Positions 25,840-35,213 of a DNA stretch of 64,000 nucleotides are shown piece after piece. Every line of letters begins with the position of its first letter. Position 1 is the first letter of the stretch. Source of the DNA: an uncultured Candidatus Saccharibacteria bacterium (lineage in GTDB: Bacteria; Patescibacteriota; Minisyncoccia; Phycocordibacterales; EsbW-18); NCBI GenBank assembly GCA_964447415.1, contig CAYUSN010000001.1, positions 33,735 through 97,734 of the forward strand. The letters are read 5' to 3'. Both the position numbers and the translations under genes were made by a program. The notes beneath the pieces are model-generated. The model had not been told where the DNA came from and made no database searches. It saw only the letters and a program-made list of their open reading frames with translations.

Positions 25840-26278
25840 GTGTCGGAAAAATAACCTCGCGGGTGGTGTCATTAATCCATTTGAAGGAAATCGGAATCGC
25901 ATCCTTCGGCACCGCGCCCTCGATGCGCTCAGGCCACTCAATGACGACAAGCGAACGCGGTGTTGCAAGTGTTGCATCCCATCCGAGCGGCTGCATTTCT
26001 TCCCCGCGTTCAAGGCGGTATGCGTCCACGTGCGTCAGTGACGTAAACTCCTTATGGGTCGTCGGGTATGTTTTCTGCAGCACAAACGTCGGGCTTGTGA
26101 CATGTTCCTCTATACCGAGATGTTTCGCGAGGACTTTCACAAACGCCGTCTTTCCGGCGCCCAAATCACCTGAAAGCGCCACCACAGTTGCCCGGTCAGG
26201 GAGCGCCTGAAGCCGGCCTAAAAACGAAGCTGCGCAGTCAGAAAGTGCATCGAGGGACCCGCATATCACATGTTCCAT
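25832..26278 (-). CDS. tsaE: tRNA threonylcarbamoyladenosine biosynthesis protein TsaE (YjeE)
   Basis: 'VVALSGDLGAGKTAFVK...SPTF' P-loop pattern; 8-nt overlap with the polA start. Confidence 0.8.
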   Translation of the reverse strand: MEHVICGSLDALSDCAASFLGRLQALPDRATVVALSGDLGAGKTAFVKVLAKHLGIEEHVTSPTFVLQKTYPTTHKEFTSLTHVDAYRLERGEEMQPLGWDATLATPRSLVVIEWPERIEGAVPKDAIPISFKWINDTTREVIFPTHD

Positions 26279-26375
26279 ACTGCTATTGTATCACCACGGC
26301 AAAAGGGTTACGTGCGGCACGTTCGTGTGGTACTGTGGCCTTCAGAATTTTGGTTTCCGACTACGGGAGGTTCCT

Positions 26376-26636
26376 ATGGGTACGTTCGTCCCCGCCACGC
26401 AAGACCCCGTTTATGCGGCAATCGGCTCCCGATGGCCGCGCGAAGTCATCATCCGCATGCTACCGAAGGAAAGGGTGCAAAAGAAGCTCATCGCAAGCGG
26501 CCATCTCTCGATGGCCGGTGCCTGGATTGCCGCATGCACTCACATCGAGCGCGCAGCACTCCAAGGCAAGCCACCGCCACCGGAAACGGAAGTTGTTCAC
26601 AGAATCCTCGCCGAACACTCACCGGAGGATCTGTGA
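26376..26636 (+). CDS. small hypothetical protein
   Basis: Internal ATG of tracked ORF 26286-26636; GC-rich; no motif. Confidence 0.25.
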   Translation: MGTFVPATQDPVYAAIGSRWPREVIIRMLPKERVQKKLIASGHLSMAGAWIAACTHIERAALQGKPPPPETEVVHRILAEHSPEDL

Positions 26637-26726
26637 ACCGCGGCTCATGCCGCACCACCACCCGTGCACCCGTCACGCGGTGGTGTGTTTTTCCAAAAAA
26701 CACTCCGTATTTGCTACACTACTGAT

Positions 26727-28451
26727 ATGGTTCAATTCGACGCGGAGAAAGAAGAGAAACAAAAACATAAACTGCAGCAGCTTCGTGAGCAGGAAGAAGA
26801 AGACGCGATGCGGATGCTTTCCGAGAAGTACGGACTGCAGTACATCGACCTGTCCGTCACCTCAATAGAGCCGGACGCGCTCATCATTGTTCCCGAACAG
26901 GATGCGCGTGAAGGCCAGCTTGCGGTATTCGATAAAAAAAACAAAACCCTGCTTGTCGCCGCGCATTCACCAGACAGTGATGCGACAAAAACAGTTCTTG
27001 CTCAACTTGCGGAGAAAGGGTACACATCTGAGTTGTATCTGACATCCACAAAAAGTCTTTCGTTTGCGTGGGAGCGGTACAAAGATCTCTCCTATTCGTC
27101 GGGAAGCACGAAAGGACTGCTTGACGTCGGCGGCGAAGACATCTCGTCGTTTGTCGAATCCGTGCACACCATCCAAGACGTCACAAAATACATCGAGGAA
27201 ACACTGAAGCTCAACCGTGCACACCGAACATCGCGCATCGTTGAAGTGCTCCTCGGCTCGGGACTTGCAACAAAGGCATCCGACATCCACATCGAACCGG
27301 AAGAGGTCGGTGTGCGCGTGCGCATGCGTCTTGACGGCGTGCTCCAGGATGTCGCAACACTCGATGCTGAAACGTACAAACTCGTGCTCTCACGCATTAA
27401 ACTGCTTTCCACACTAAAACTCAACGTCACCAACGAAGCGCAAGACGGTCGCTTTTCCATCCACTTTAAAGAAGTCAACATTGAAATACGCACCTCCATT
27501 CTTCCGGGCAACTACGGAGAATCAATCGTCATGCGTATTCTTAACCCCTCTTCTATTTCAGTGGACATCACCTCACTGGGCATGAGTGAGAACCTATATA
27601 AGGTCGTGCAGGACGCCATCCGCAAACCGAACGGTATGATTCTCACCACCGGTCCGACCGGCTCCGGTAAGACAACGACGCTGTACGCGTTTCTCAAAAG
27701 CGTGCACACACCCGACGTTAAAATCATCACCATTGAAGACCCGGTTGAATACCACCTGAAAGGAATCGTGCAGACGCAGGTGGACTCCGCGCGCGATTAC
27801 ACCTTTTCTTCAGGACTGCGCGCCGCGCTCCGTCAGGACCCTGACATCATCATGGTCGGTGAAATCCGCGACAACGAGACCGCCGAGATTGCCATTCACG
27901 CGGCACTCACCGGGCACCTCGTGTTCTCCACGCTCCACACCAACTCCGCCTCCGGCGCATTCACCCGCCTGATTGACGTCGGTATCAACCCGCGCATTTT
28001 GGGTTCCGCACTCAACCTCGCGCTGGCGCAGCGCCTTGTCCGAACATTGTGTGAGAAATGTAAAGTCGAAGTACCGCTTGAAGGAGAGGAGCGCGCGACT
28101 GTTGAACGCATTCTTGGAACTGTTTTCGATAAGGAAAAAATTGCAAGCGTGCAGAAGGAAAAGGTGTGGCATCCGAAGGAAGGTGGCTGTGAAGCGTGCA
28201 ACGGATTGGGTTACAAAGGACGCATCGGTATTCACGAGGGCATCATTATGGATGCGGCAATTGAGGATGTCGTCGAAACGTCGCCGTCTGAGCGTGAAAT
28301 AAAAAAAGCGGCAATACCGCAGGGTATCCTCACGCTGCCGCAAGACGCCGTCGTAAAAATTTTGCAGGGAAAGACAACCGTGGAGGAGGTCGCCCGTGTC
28401 GTAGACCTCTCGGAGATGCCGCCTTCGGCGGAAACCACGGACACGGTCTAA
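26727..28451 (+). CDS. pilB: type IV pilus assembly ATPase PilB / GspE family
   Basis: 'ILTTGPTGSGKTTTLYA' Walker A, 'IMVGEIRD' Walker B/Asp box, His box 'GHLVFSTLHTN', and the tetracysteine 'CEKCK...CEACNGLGYKGR'. Confidence 0.85.
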   Translation: MVQFDAEKEEKQKHKLQQLREQEEEDAMRMLSEKYGLQYIDLSVTSIEPDALIIVPEQDAREGQLAVFDKKNKTLLVAAHSPDSDATKTVLAQLAEKGYTSELYLTSTKSLSFAWERYKDLSYSSGSTKGLLDVGGEDISSFVESVHTIQDVTKYIEETLKLNRAHRTSRIVEVLLGSGLATKASDIHIEPEEVGVRVRMRLDGVLQDVATLDAETYKLVLSRIKLLSTLKLNVTNEAQDGRFSIHFKEVNIEIRTSILPGNYGESIVMRILNPSSISVDITSLGMSENLYKVVQDAIRKPNGMILTTGPTGSGKTTTLYAFLKSVHTPDVKIITIEDPVEYHLKGIVQTQVDSARDYTFSSGLRAALRQDPDIIMVGEIRDNETAEIAIHAALTGHLVFSTLHTNSASGAFTRLIDVGINPRILGSALNLALAQRLVRTLCEKCKVEVPLEGEERATVERILGTVFDKEKIASVQKEKVWHPKEGGCEACNGLGYKGRIGIHEGIIMDAAIEDVVETSPSEREIKKAAIPQGILTLPQDAVVKILQGKTTVEEVARVVDLSEMPPSAETTDTV

Positions 28452-28468
28452 AAACTTGCCAGAATGCG

Positions 28469-28499
28469 AAACCCCCGCTCCAGTATGGAGCGGGGGTTT
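28469..28499 (+). terminator. 13-bp perfect stem-loop immediately after pilB (no U-tract)
   Basis: AAACCCCCGCTCC-agtat-GGAGCGGGGGTTT. Confidence 0.4.
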
Positions 28500-28544
28500 C
28501 AAACGTTACAAAAAGTCGTAGTATGAGGTCAGATAGTCAGAAAG

Positions 28545-28706
28545 AGGAGAAATCTCTAAGCAAGACCACGAGTTTTGTTAAGGATACTGTTCGCTGCCCC
28601 GACATAATCGAGACAACCAACGGGTCCTCACGAAACTTGTGCATGAGGACCATGACGCTTGCTTAGAGGTTTCTCGTCTCGGAGACGGTAACCCTCGTAC
28701 CGTGTT
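28545..28706 (+). ncRNA. candidate small structured RNA (6S-like closing helix) with its own intrinsic terminator
   Basis: 18-bp long-range helix 28549-28566 / 28660-28677 (one G.U); internal 8-bp hairpin 28625-28652; palindrome CGTCTCGGAGACG; 3' ACGGTA-accctcg-TACCGT + TTTTT at ~28683-28706. Confidence 0.35.
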
Positions 28707-28749
28707 TTTGTATTAAAGAGCAGGAGTATCCTAGCATATTAGTTTAGAT

Positions 28750-29751
28750 ATGTCAAGTACCACCCAAAACGACCCTTCGGATGCTTTTTTTGACGCGTCG
28801 CTGCGTCCTGTGCTTTGGGACGAGTACGTCGGTCAGCCGCAGACGAAGGAAAATCTCCGCATTCTCCTCTCCGCTGCAAAGGAACGTGGACACGCACCCG
28901 AACACATACTCTTTTACGGACCGGCGGGCTTAGGAAAAACCACGCTTGCCCACCTCATTGCACGCGAACTCGGCGGCAACATCAAAATAACCTCCGGACC
29001 CGCCATTGAACGCGTCGGTGACCTTGCGTCTATCCTCACCAACCTCGCCCCCGGCGATATTCTCTTCATCGACGAGATTCACCGGCTCAACAAAGCTATC
29101 GAGGAAATCCTCTACCCTGCTATGGAGTCAGGCCGGCTGGACATCATCATCGGCAAAGGACCGTCGGCGCGCACCGTACAGCTCGAGCTTCCGCCGTTTA
29201 CCCTCGTGGCGGCAACCACACGTGTCGCACTTCTCTCCTCTCCGCTTCGCTCGCGCTTCTCCGGAGGCACGTTCCGCCTTGAGTTTTACTCCGAGGAAGA
29301 AATTCTGAATATTTTGAAACGCTCCGCACACCTGCTCGGCGTTTCAACGGACACCAACGCCCTGCGCGAACTTGCAAAGCGCTCCCGCGCTACACCGCGC
29401 ACCGCAAACTATCTTTTGAAACGCGCGCGCGACTACGCGCAGGTACACAAAAAAGAACTGTCGCTTCCCGTCGTGCACGAAGCGCTTGCACTTTTAGGTG
29501 TTGATGACAAAGGACTCACGCCGACGGACAAGAAGTTGTTATTGCTCATTATTGAAACATTCAACGGTGGTCCCGTCGGACTCTCCACACTTGCCGCGTC
29601 GCTCTCGGAAGACCCCGCCACCATTGAAGAGGTGTACGAGCCGTACCTGATGCGGCTCGGATTCATTGAACGGTCTCCCCGCGGGCGCATCATCACCCAT
29701 AAGGGACGCGCACATGTCGGCACGCCGGCGCCGCAGGAAAATCTTCTGTAA
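28750..29751 (+). CDS. ruvB: Holliday junction ATP-dependent DNA helicase RuvB
   Basis: 'LFYGPAGLGKTTLA' Walker A, 'ILFIDEIHRL' Walker B, sensor and winged-helix C-terminus. Confidence 0.9.
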   Translation: MSSTTQNDPSDAFFDASLRPVLWDEYVGQPQTKENLRILLSAAKERGHAPEHILFYGPAGLGKTTLAHLIARELGGNIKITSGPAIERVGDLASILTNLAPGDILFIDEIHRLNKAIEEILYPAMESGRLDIIIGKGPSARTVQLELPPFTLVAATTRVALLSSPLRSRFSGGTFRLEFYSEEEILNILKRSAHLLGVSTDTNALRELAKRSRATPRTANYLLKRARDYAQVHKKELSLPVVHEALALLGVDDKGLTPTDKKLLLLIIETFNGGPVGLSTLAASLSEDPATIEEVYEPYLMRLGFIERSPRGRIITHKGRAHVGTPAPQENLL

Positions 29752-29755
29752 TATC

Positions 29756-30280
29756 ATGTCCGGTCACAATAAATGGTCGCAAATTAAAGAAAAGAAAGGC
29801 GCCACGGATGCAAAGAAAAGCGCGTTGTTTACCAAATTGGTGAAACTCATCAAGACAGAGGCGCGGCTTGCACATGGCGACCTTAATTCCCCGTCACTGA
29901 AAGCGGCAATTGAGAAAGCAAAAGCGGCGAACATGCCGAAAGACAACATCGACCGTGCAATTTCGTCCGCAAACACAACCGCAGATGAAAAAGTGACGTA
30001 CGAGGCATACGGACCGGGAGGCTGCGCGCTCATCATCGAGGGACTTACCGACTCACGTAACCGCACCTCACAGGAAATCAAGCATGTGCTTTCAAAAAAC
30101 GGACACGCTCTTGCCGCACCCGGTTCGGCGCTTTGGGCGTTTTCTAAAAATCAAGACGGTGTCTGGCAGCCTGCAACCACTGTTCCGCTTTCAGACGACG
30201 ATAGCGCAAAACTTTCAGTACTCATCGAGCAGTTGGAAGATATGGATGACGTACAAGACGTTTACACCAACGCGGAGTAA
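29756..30280 (+). CDS. yebC: YebC/PmpR-family transcriptional regulator (short form)
   Basis: 'MSGHNKWSQIKEKKG...DAKKSALFTKL' YebC N-terminal signature; lies between ruvB and ruvC as in many bacteria. Confidence 0.8.
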   Translation: MSGHNKWSQIKEKKGATDAKKSALFTKLVKLIKTEARLAHGDLNSPSLKAAIEKAKAANMPKDNIDRAISSANTTADEKVTYEAYGPGGCALIIEGLTDSRNRTSQEIKHVLSKNGHALAAPGSALWAFSKNQDGVWQPATTVPLSDDDSAKLSVLIEQLEDMDDVQDVYTNAE

Positions 30281-30289
30281 ACTGTTTGT

Positions 30290-30787
30290 ATGAAAGTGCT
30301 CGGCATTGATCCCGGATACGACCGCCTCGGACTGGCGCTTCTTGAAGGAACCCGCCAACACCACACACTGTTGTTTTCGGAGTGTTTTGAAACAGACCCG
30401 AAAGATCCGTTTGAGATCCGTCTGCACCGCGCCGTCTCGTATGTGCAAAAAATTTTAAAGACGCACACACCGGATACTGTTGCGCTTGAAACACTTTTCT
30501 TCAGCAAAAACCAAAAAACAGCCATGCATGTTGCGGAAACACGCGGCGCACTGTTGTTTGCAATCACCGATGCGGGCGCTTCAGTCGTGCAGCACTCCCC
30601 GCAAGAGGTAAAGGTTGCTGTTGCCGGAAACGGGCGCGGGAGTAAAGATGATGTCGCACACATGCTGCACAAACTACTTCCGCTTCCCTCAAAAAAAATG
30701 CGTGATGATGAATATGACGCGATTGCGGTGGCGCTCACCTGTATGGTAAGCGGGCGGCCGAAAGATACTCTGTCCACAAGGAAATAG
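30290..30787 (+). CDS. ruvC: crossover junction endodeoxyribonuclease RuvC
   Basis: 'MKVLGIDPGYDRLGLAL' RNase-H-fold N-terminus; 165 aa. Confidence 0.85.
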   Translation: MKVLGIDPGYDRLGLALLEGTRQHHTLLFSECFETDPKDPFEIRLHRAVSYVQKILKTHTPDTVALETLFFSKNQKTAMHVAETRGALLFAITDAGASVVQHSPQEVKVAVAGNGRGSKDDVAHMLHKLLPLPSKKMRDDEYDAIAVALTCMVSGRPKDTLSTRK

Positions 30788-30858
30788 CTGCGGGTATTGA
30801 CTGGAAAACTGTATTTGATACAACATAGTGCGCTTCTGCATCTGAACACTTTTAGTGT

Positions 30859-31086
30859 ATGGAGGCAGTACGTTATATAACCGTAATTATGTGTTCTATG
30901 TTTGATACCACCGAGTCCATTGCCACGTTTGTGGCAGAAGACGACGAAGAGGTTGTCGACCCAGCGCTGGTGCCGGGTGCGGGCCTCGACGATGAAGATC
31001 TGCTCGATGCCGATTTAGCACCGGATGAAGACTTAGAGGTAGATGAGGAGGAGGAAGAGGAAGAGGAATACGAGGACGCTGCATAA
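30859..31086 (+). CDS. small highly acidic hypothetical protein (D/E-rich C-terminal half)
   Basis: 75-aa ORF followed by a strong terminator. Confidence 0.3.
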   Translation: MEAVRYITVIMCSMFDTTESIATFVAEDDEEVVDPALVPGAGLDDEDLLDADLAPDEDLEVDEEEEEEEEYEDAA

Positions 31087-31099
31087 ACAACACATATAA

Positions 31100-31130
31100 A
31101 AACACCCCGTACGGGGTGTTTTTATTTTTA
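31100..31130. terminator. bidirectional intrinsic terminator between convergent genes
   Basis: ACACCCC-gtac-GGGGTGT flanked by an A-run upstream and TTTTTATTTTT downstream. Confidence 0.6.
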
Positions 31131-31208
31131 TCCAGCACTTAGTTTGGCACAGCTTTAGTTGAGGATATCTTATGAGATAAAAAATACTGCAGCAGAAAAA
31201 GTGCCAAA

Positions 31209-32459
31209 CTAGGTGCTGGATGAACCTTTTTTCTTCATTTTGAAGACAATCTTGAGAAACTTTTTCTTGCCGATTTTTATGATGAGCGGCTTTGAAATGA
31301 GCACTTTCGGGTCGTTGATTTTTTCCCCCGTTTCCATATTCTTCAGCCCCCCACCCTCAACAAGCCGGCGGATTTCTGATTTCGACGGTGCCATTCCTTC
31401 ACGAATAAGGACGTCCTCAAGCGTTGCGTTTCCGGTTACCGACGTTTCTTGAATATCCTCCGGAAGTTCCTTATTTGAAAAGACGCTCACAAATACCTCC
31501 TGTGCTTTGCGCGCATCCGCCTCCGAGTGATACAGCGTCACAATCTCGTATGCAAGCCGCATCTTTGCTTCGCGCGGCGGCAACTTGAGTACATTTTCAA
31601 TATCGGAAAGCGACAACTCCGTGCAGTCAATAAAACACTGTCGCAATCCGGCATCAGGGAGTCGCATAACTTTTGCATACATATCTTTCGGCTCATCGCT
31701 CATACCGATACCGGTGCCGCGGCTTTTACTCATCATTTTTTCTCCGGTTACCGGATCCTCCAGAAGCGTCGTGGTTATCACAAACTTCTGCCGCCCCTGC
31801 ATTTTTTCAGCAAGCGTCCTGCCTGCAAGCATATTAAACGTCTGGTCGGTCCCGCCGATTTCAACGTCCGCAGTAAGCGCGACGGAGTCATACCCCTGCA
31901 TAAGCGGGTAAAAGAACTCATGCACGTACAACGGCTTGTTTTCCCGAAGACGGCGCTGAAACGCGTCCCGCTGAATCATTTGTTGGACGGTAAAATTCGA
32001 CGCAATATCGGCAAGATCGGAGAACGTAAGTTTCGAGAGCCACCGGCTGTTAAACTCAAACAGTATCGGATTCTTTTTATCACTGAAGTCCAGGATTTTT
32101 CCAATTTGCTGCTTGTACGTCCTGAGGTTTTTTATAACCTCCTGCCGCGTCAAACGCGACCGAGCCGCCGTTTTATCGCTCGGGTCGCCGATCATCGCCG
32201 TAAAATCACCGATAAGCACAATAATCTTATGTCCGAGCGCGTGAAGCCGTTTTAACAGAAAGAAGTTTGTTGAGTGCCCCAGGTGTACGTACGGCGCGGT
32301 CGGGTCAATGCCGACGTACACGCGCAGTTGTCTGCCGGAAAGAAGCTCTTTCGTAAGCGCGCCTTTTGAAGGAAAAACTGAGTCCACAGAACGCGAAAGA
32401 ATTTCCTCAATGCGTGCTGGGTCCGCTGTTGTCTTCGGTGTCGGTGTGCGTTTTGCCAT
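31209..32459 (-). CDS. tyrS: tyrosyl-tRNA synthetase
   Basis: 'GIDPTAPYVHLGHST' (HIGH), 'KMMSKSRG' (KMSKS), and a C-terminal S4 domain. Confidence 0.85.
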   Translation of the reverse strand: MAKRTPTPKTTADPARIEEILSRSVDSVFPSKGALTKELLSGRQLRVYVGIDPTAPYVHLGHSTNFFLLKRLHALGHKIIVLIGDFTAMIGDPSDKTAARSRLTRQEVIKNLRTYKQQIGKILDFSDKKNPILFEFNSRWLSKLTFSDLADIASNFTVQQMIQRDAFQRRLRENKPLYVHEFFYPLMQGYDSVALTADVEIGGTDQTFNMLAGRTLAEKMQGRQKFVITTTLLEDPVTGEKMMSKSRGTGIGMSDEPKDMYAKVMRLPDAGLRQCFIDCTELSLSDIENVLKLPPREAKMRLAYEIVTLYHSEADARKAQEVFVSVFSNKELPEDIQETSVTGNATLEDVLIREGMAPSKSEIRRLVEGGGLKNMETGEKINDPKVLISKPLIIKIGKKKFLKIVFKMKKKGSSST

Positions 32460-32523
32460 ATACGAGGGTCAGTGTACCACATTTATATTTGTGATACTTT
32501 GCTATACTCAACAGGCAGATTGT

Positions 32524-34953
32524 ATGGTCAAAAAACAGCCACATCCCCGTTTTACACTTCTCCTTTTAGTGCTAGGTATCGGCGCCGTCGCCTTCGGCCT
32601 GGTGTTTTTGTGGGCAGCCTCGCTTCGCCTTCCGGATTTTGACGTGGCCGTCGACCGGATTGTTAAACAGTCAACAAAAATATATGACCGCACGGGCGAG
32701 GTGCTCTTGTACGATGTGCACGAAACCGTACAGCGTACCGTCATACCGTTCGACCAAATTACCCAACACACTAAAGATGCTACGGTCGCCATCGAAGATG
32801 AGGAGTTTTATGAACACGAGGGCGTAAAGGTTTCCGCCTTCTTCCGCGCCGTCCTGGTAAACCTCCTTTCCTTCCGATTCAGTCAAGGCGGCTCAACCAT
32901 CACACAACAGGTGGTCAAAAACGCGCTGCTCACTCAGGAAAAAACCATCACCCGAAAGATAAAGGAGTGGGTGCTTTCAGTAAAACTCGACCGGGAACTC
33001 ACTAAAGAGGAAATTCTTTCGTTGTACCTCAACGAGTCGCCGTACGGAGGCAGCCTCTACGGCATTCAAGAGGCCTCTCAGACATTTTTTCATAAAGACG
33101 CATCCGAGATCACCCTCGCCGAATCCGCATACCTCGCGGCGCTTCCGCAGGCGCCGACCTACTACTCACCGTACGGCGAACACCGCGACGCGCTTGATGC
33201 GCGAAAAAATCTGGTGCTCGAACGTATGTTGGAAAACGAGTTCATCACACAGGAAGAGTACGACACGGCAAAGACGGAGGTGGTTGAGTTTAAACCACGC
33301 CCCGAAAAACGGCTCCTCGCTCCCCACTTTGTTTTTTATGTCCGCGAAATTCTTGAAAAAAAATACGGGGCACGCGCACTTGAGGAAGACGGTCTCCGTG
33401 TCATCACCACACTGGACTACAAACTTCAGGAGCAGGCGGAACAGCTCGTGCTTGAGGGTGCAAAAGAAAATGAAGAAAAATTTAAGGCCGAAAACGCCGG
33501 GTTGGTTGCGGTTGATCCGAAAACAGGTCAGATCCTGGTACTGGTCGGTTCCCGTGATTATTTTGATACAGATATTGATGGGAACGTTAATATTGCGCTT
33601 GCAAAACGCCAGCCGGGGTCCGCATTCAAACCGTTTGTGTATGCGACGGCGTTTTTGAAGGGGTTTACGCCGGAGACAATATTGTTTGACCTGCCGACGC
33701 AATTCTCGACCAACTGTAAGCCGTCCGACACCTCACATGAAGACCCGTGCTACTACCCCGAAAACTATGACTCCAAGTTCCGCGGCCCCATCTCCATCCG
33801 CAGCGCACTTGCACAATCAGTCAACATCCCCGCAGTAAAGGCGCTCTACCTCGCCGGAATCAATGACTCGATAAAAACCGCACGCTCTATGGGAATTTCA
33901 ACCCTGACCGACGCATCACGGTACGGTCTCACTCTTGTGCTCGGAGGAGGTGAGGTCACCTTGTTGGATATTACGTCGGCGTACGGTGTGTTTGGAAACG
34001 ACGGGGTACGCAACCCGACCACACCTATTCTAAAAGTTGAGCGCTCTGACGGGACGGTGCTTGAAGAGTTCACTGCGCGCCCATCTAAAGTGCTCAATGA
34101 AAACGTCGCCCGTCAGATATCAGACATTCTCTCTGACAACGCCGCGCGAGCGCCGTCGTTTGGAACAAACTCCGCACTTTATTTCCCGAATCAGGACGTC
34201 GCCGCAAAGACCGGAACAACAAACGACTATCGTGACGTCTGGATTATTGGTTACACACCAAACCTTGCGGTCGGTATGTGGGGGGGAAATAACGATAACA
34301 CCCCGATTGATAAAAGTGTTGCCGGTTTTGTAATTGCTCCGCTGTGGCGCCGTTTTATGGATGTAGCGCTCCCCACACGGCAAACCGAGTCTTTTATTCT
34401 GCCGTCGCGTCCGTCGGTTTCTAAGCCGGTCCTCGCGGGAATCTGGCAGGGCGGCGTCGTACAAAAATCAACCAGATCCTCCACCACCGTGATTCAGGAT
34501 GTTCACGAAATTCTTCATTGGGTTGACCGCGACAACCCTCTTGGCCCCGTACCGAACAAGCCTGGCAGTGACCCCCAGTACACCTTCTGGGAATACCCCG
34601 TCCGCGCATGGGCAGCACGCAACGGACACACAACAGGGAAAGAAGTTACCGTCCCACTATCACTTTCCGAAGAAGAGGACGCTACCGAAAGTCTTGTACG
34701 GATAAGCGGGCTTAAAGAAACATACGATCGGAATGACACCCTCTCTTTTACTCTCCGCGCAAACACCGACGCGTTTTCATACGCGGAGGTTCTTATAAAC
34801 GGAGATAGTATAAAAAAGTCCGTCAAAGACGGCCGTGTGTCCCTGTCTCTTTCATCAATCACAAATCTTGCCGATTCTAATGTACTTTCTATTATTGCCC
34901 ACACCAACAATAATACGACTGAAAAAACCGAGTATCTTTTCTCGGTTGAGTAG
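32524..34953 (+). CDS. class A penicillin-binding protein (PBP1A-type transglycosylase/transpeptidase)
   Basis: Start at MVKKQ; N-terminal TM, 'EDEEFYEHEGV' GT51 motif, 'STITQQ', 'SAFKPF' (SxxK), 'KTGTT' transpeptidase motifs. Confidence 0.85.
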   Translation: MVKKQPHPRFTLLLLVLGIGAVAFGLVFLWAASLRLPDFDVAVDRIVKQSTKIYDRTGEVLLYDVHETVQRTVIPFDQITQHTKDATVAIEDEEFYEHEGVKVSAFFRAVLVNLLSFRFSQGGSTITQQVVKNALLTQEKTITRKIKEWVLSVKLDRELTKEEILSLYLNESPYGGSLYGIQEASQTFFHKDASEITLAESAYLAALPQAPTYYSPYGEHRDALDARKNLVLERMLENEFITQEEYDTAKTEVVEFKPRPEKRLLAPHFVFYVREILEKKYGARALEEDGLRVITTLDYKLQEQAEQLVLEGAKENEEKFKAENAGLVAVDPKTGQILVLVGSRDYFDTDIDGNVNIALAKRQPGSAFKPFVYATAFLKGFTPETILFDLPTQFSTNCKPSDTSHEDPCYYPENYDSKFRGPISIRSALAQSVNIPAVKALYLAGINDSIKTARSMGISTLTDASRYGLTLVLGGGEVTLLDITSAYGVFGNDGVRNPTTPILKVERSDGTVLEEFTARPSKVLNENVARQISDILSDNAARAPSFGTNSALYFPNQDVAAKTGTTNDYRDVWIIGYTPNLAVGMWGGNNDNTPIDKSVAGFVIAPLWRRFMDVALPTRQTESFILPSRPSVSKPVLAGIWQGGVVQKSTRSSTTVIQDVHEILHWVDRDNPLGPVPNKPGSDPQYTFWEYPVRAWAARNGHTTGKEVTVPLSLSEEEDATESLVRISGLKETYDRNDTLSFTLRANTDAFSYAEVLINGDSIKKSVKDGRVSLSLSSITNLADSNVLSIIAHTNNNTTEKTEYLFSVE

Positions 34954-34954
34954 T

Positions 34955-35212
34955 TTACTGAATATCACGCACTATCCGCTTTCCGACCTCCTGTTCAAGT
35001 TGGTCGAGAATAATTGTTTTTTTAAATAAAAGGGTGTTTTTTACCGCACTTTCAAGTGTGCAGTACGCTACCGGACCGATAATACGTATATTCTTCTCCA
35101 ACACTGTTCTATTAAGCTCTTTTGAAAGAATGGTGCTGAGGTGTTTTTTTACCACACCGTCCGGCGGCGCAAAACGGGCGTATTTAGAAAGAAAATCACG
35201 AAGTATCTGCAT
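34955..35212 (-). CDS. DUF721 (DciA-like) protein downstream of dnaN
   Basis: 85 aa; C-terminus '...LLFKKTIILDQLEQEVGKRIVRDIQ' resembles the DUF721 end; classic position after dnaN. Confidence 0.55.
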   Translation of the reverse strand: MQILRDFLSKYARFAPPDGVVKKHLSTILSKELNRTVLEKNIRIIGPVAYCTLESAVKNTLLFKKTIILDQLEQEVGKRIVRDIQ

Positions 35213-35213
35213 A

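Noticed and set aside
28545-28706. SRP RNA (4.5S) or tmRNA identity for the structured element upstream of ruvB.
   Set aside because: No GGAAGCAGC-type domain IV motif and no tRNA-like acceptor/T-arm ends. It is kept only as a generic or 6S-like sRNA candidate.
32308-32523. N-terminal extension of the PBP1A ORF, and the 25840-26013 extension of polA.
   Set aside because: The upstream segments overlap convergent or neighbouring genes and lack signal/TM or family motifs. The internal starts MVKKQ (32524) and MTKKD (25839) give family-typical N-termini.
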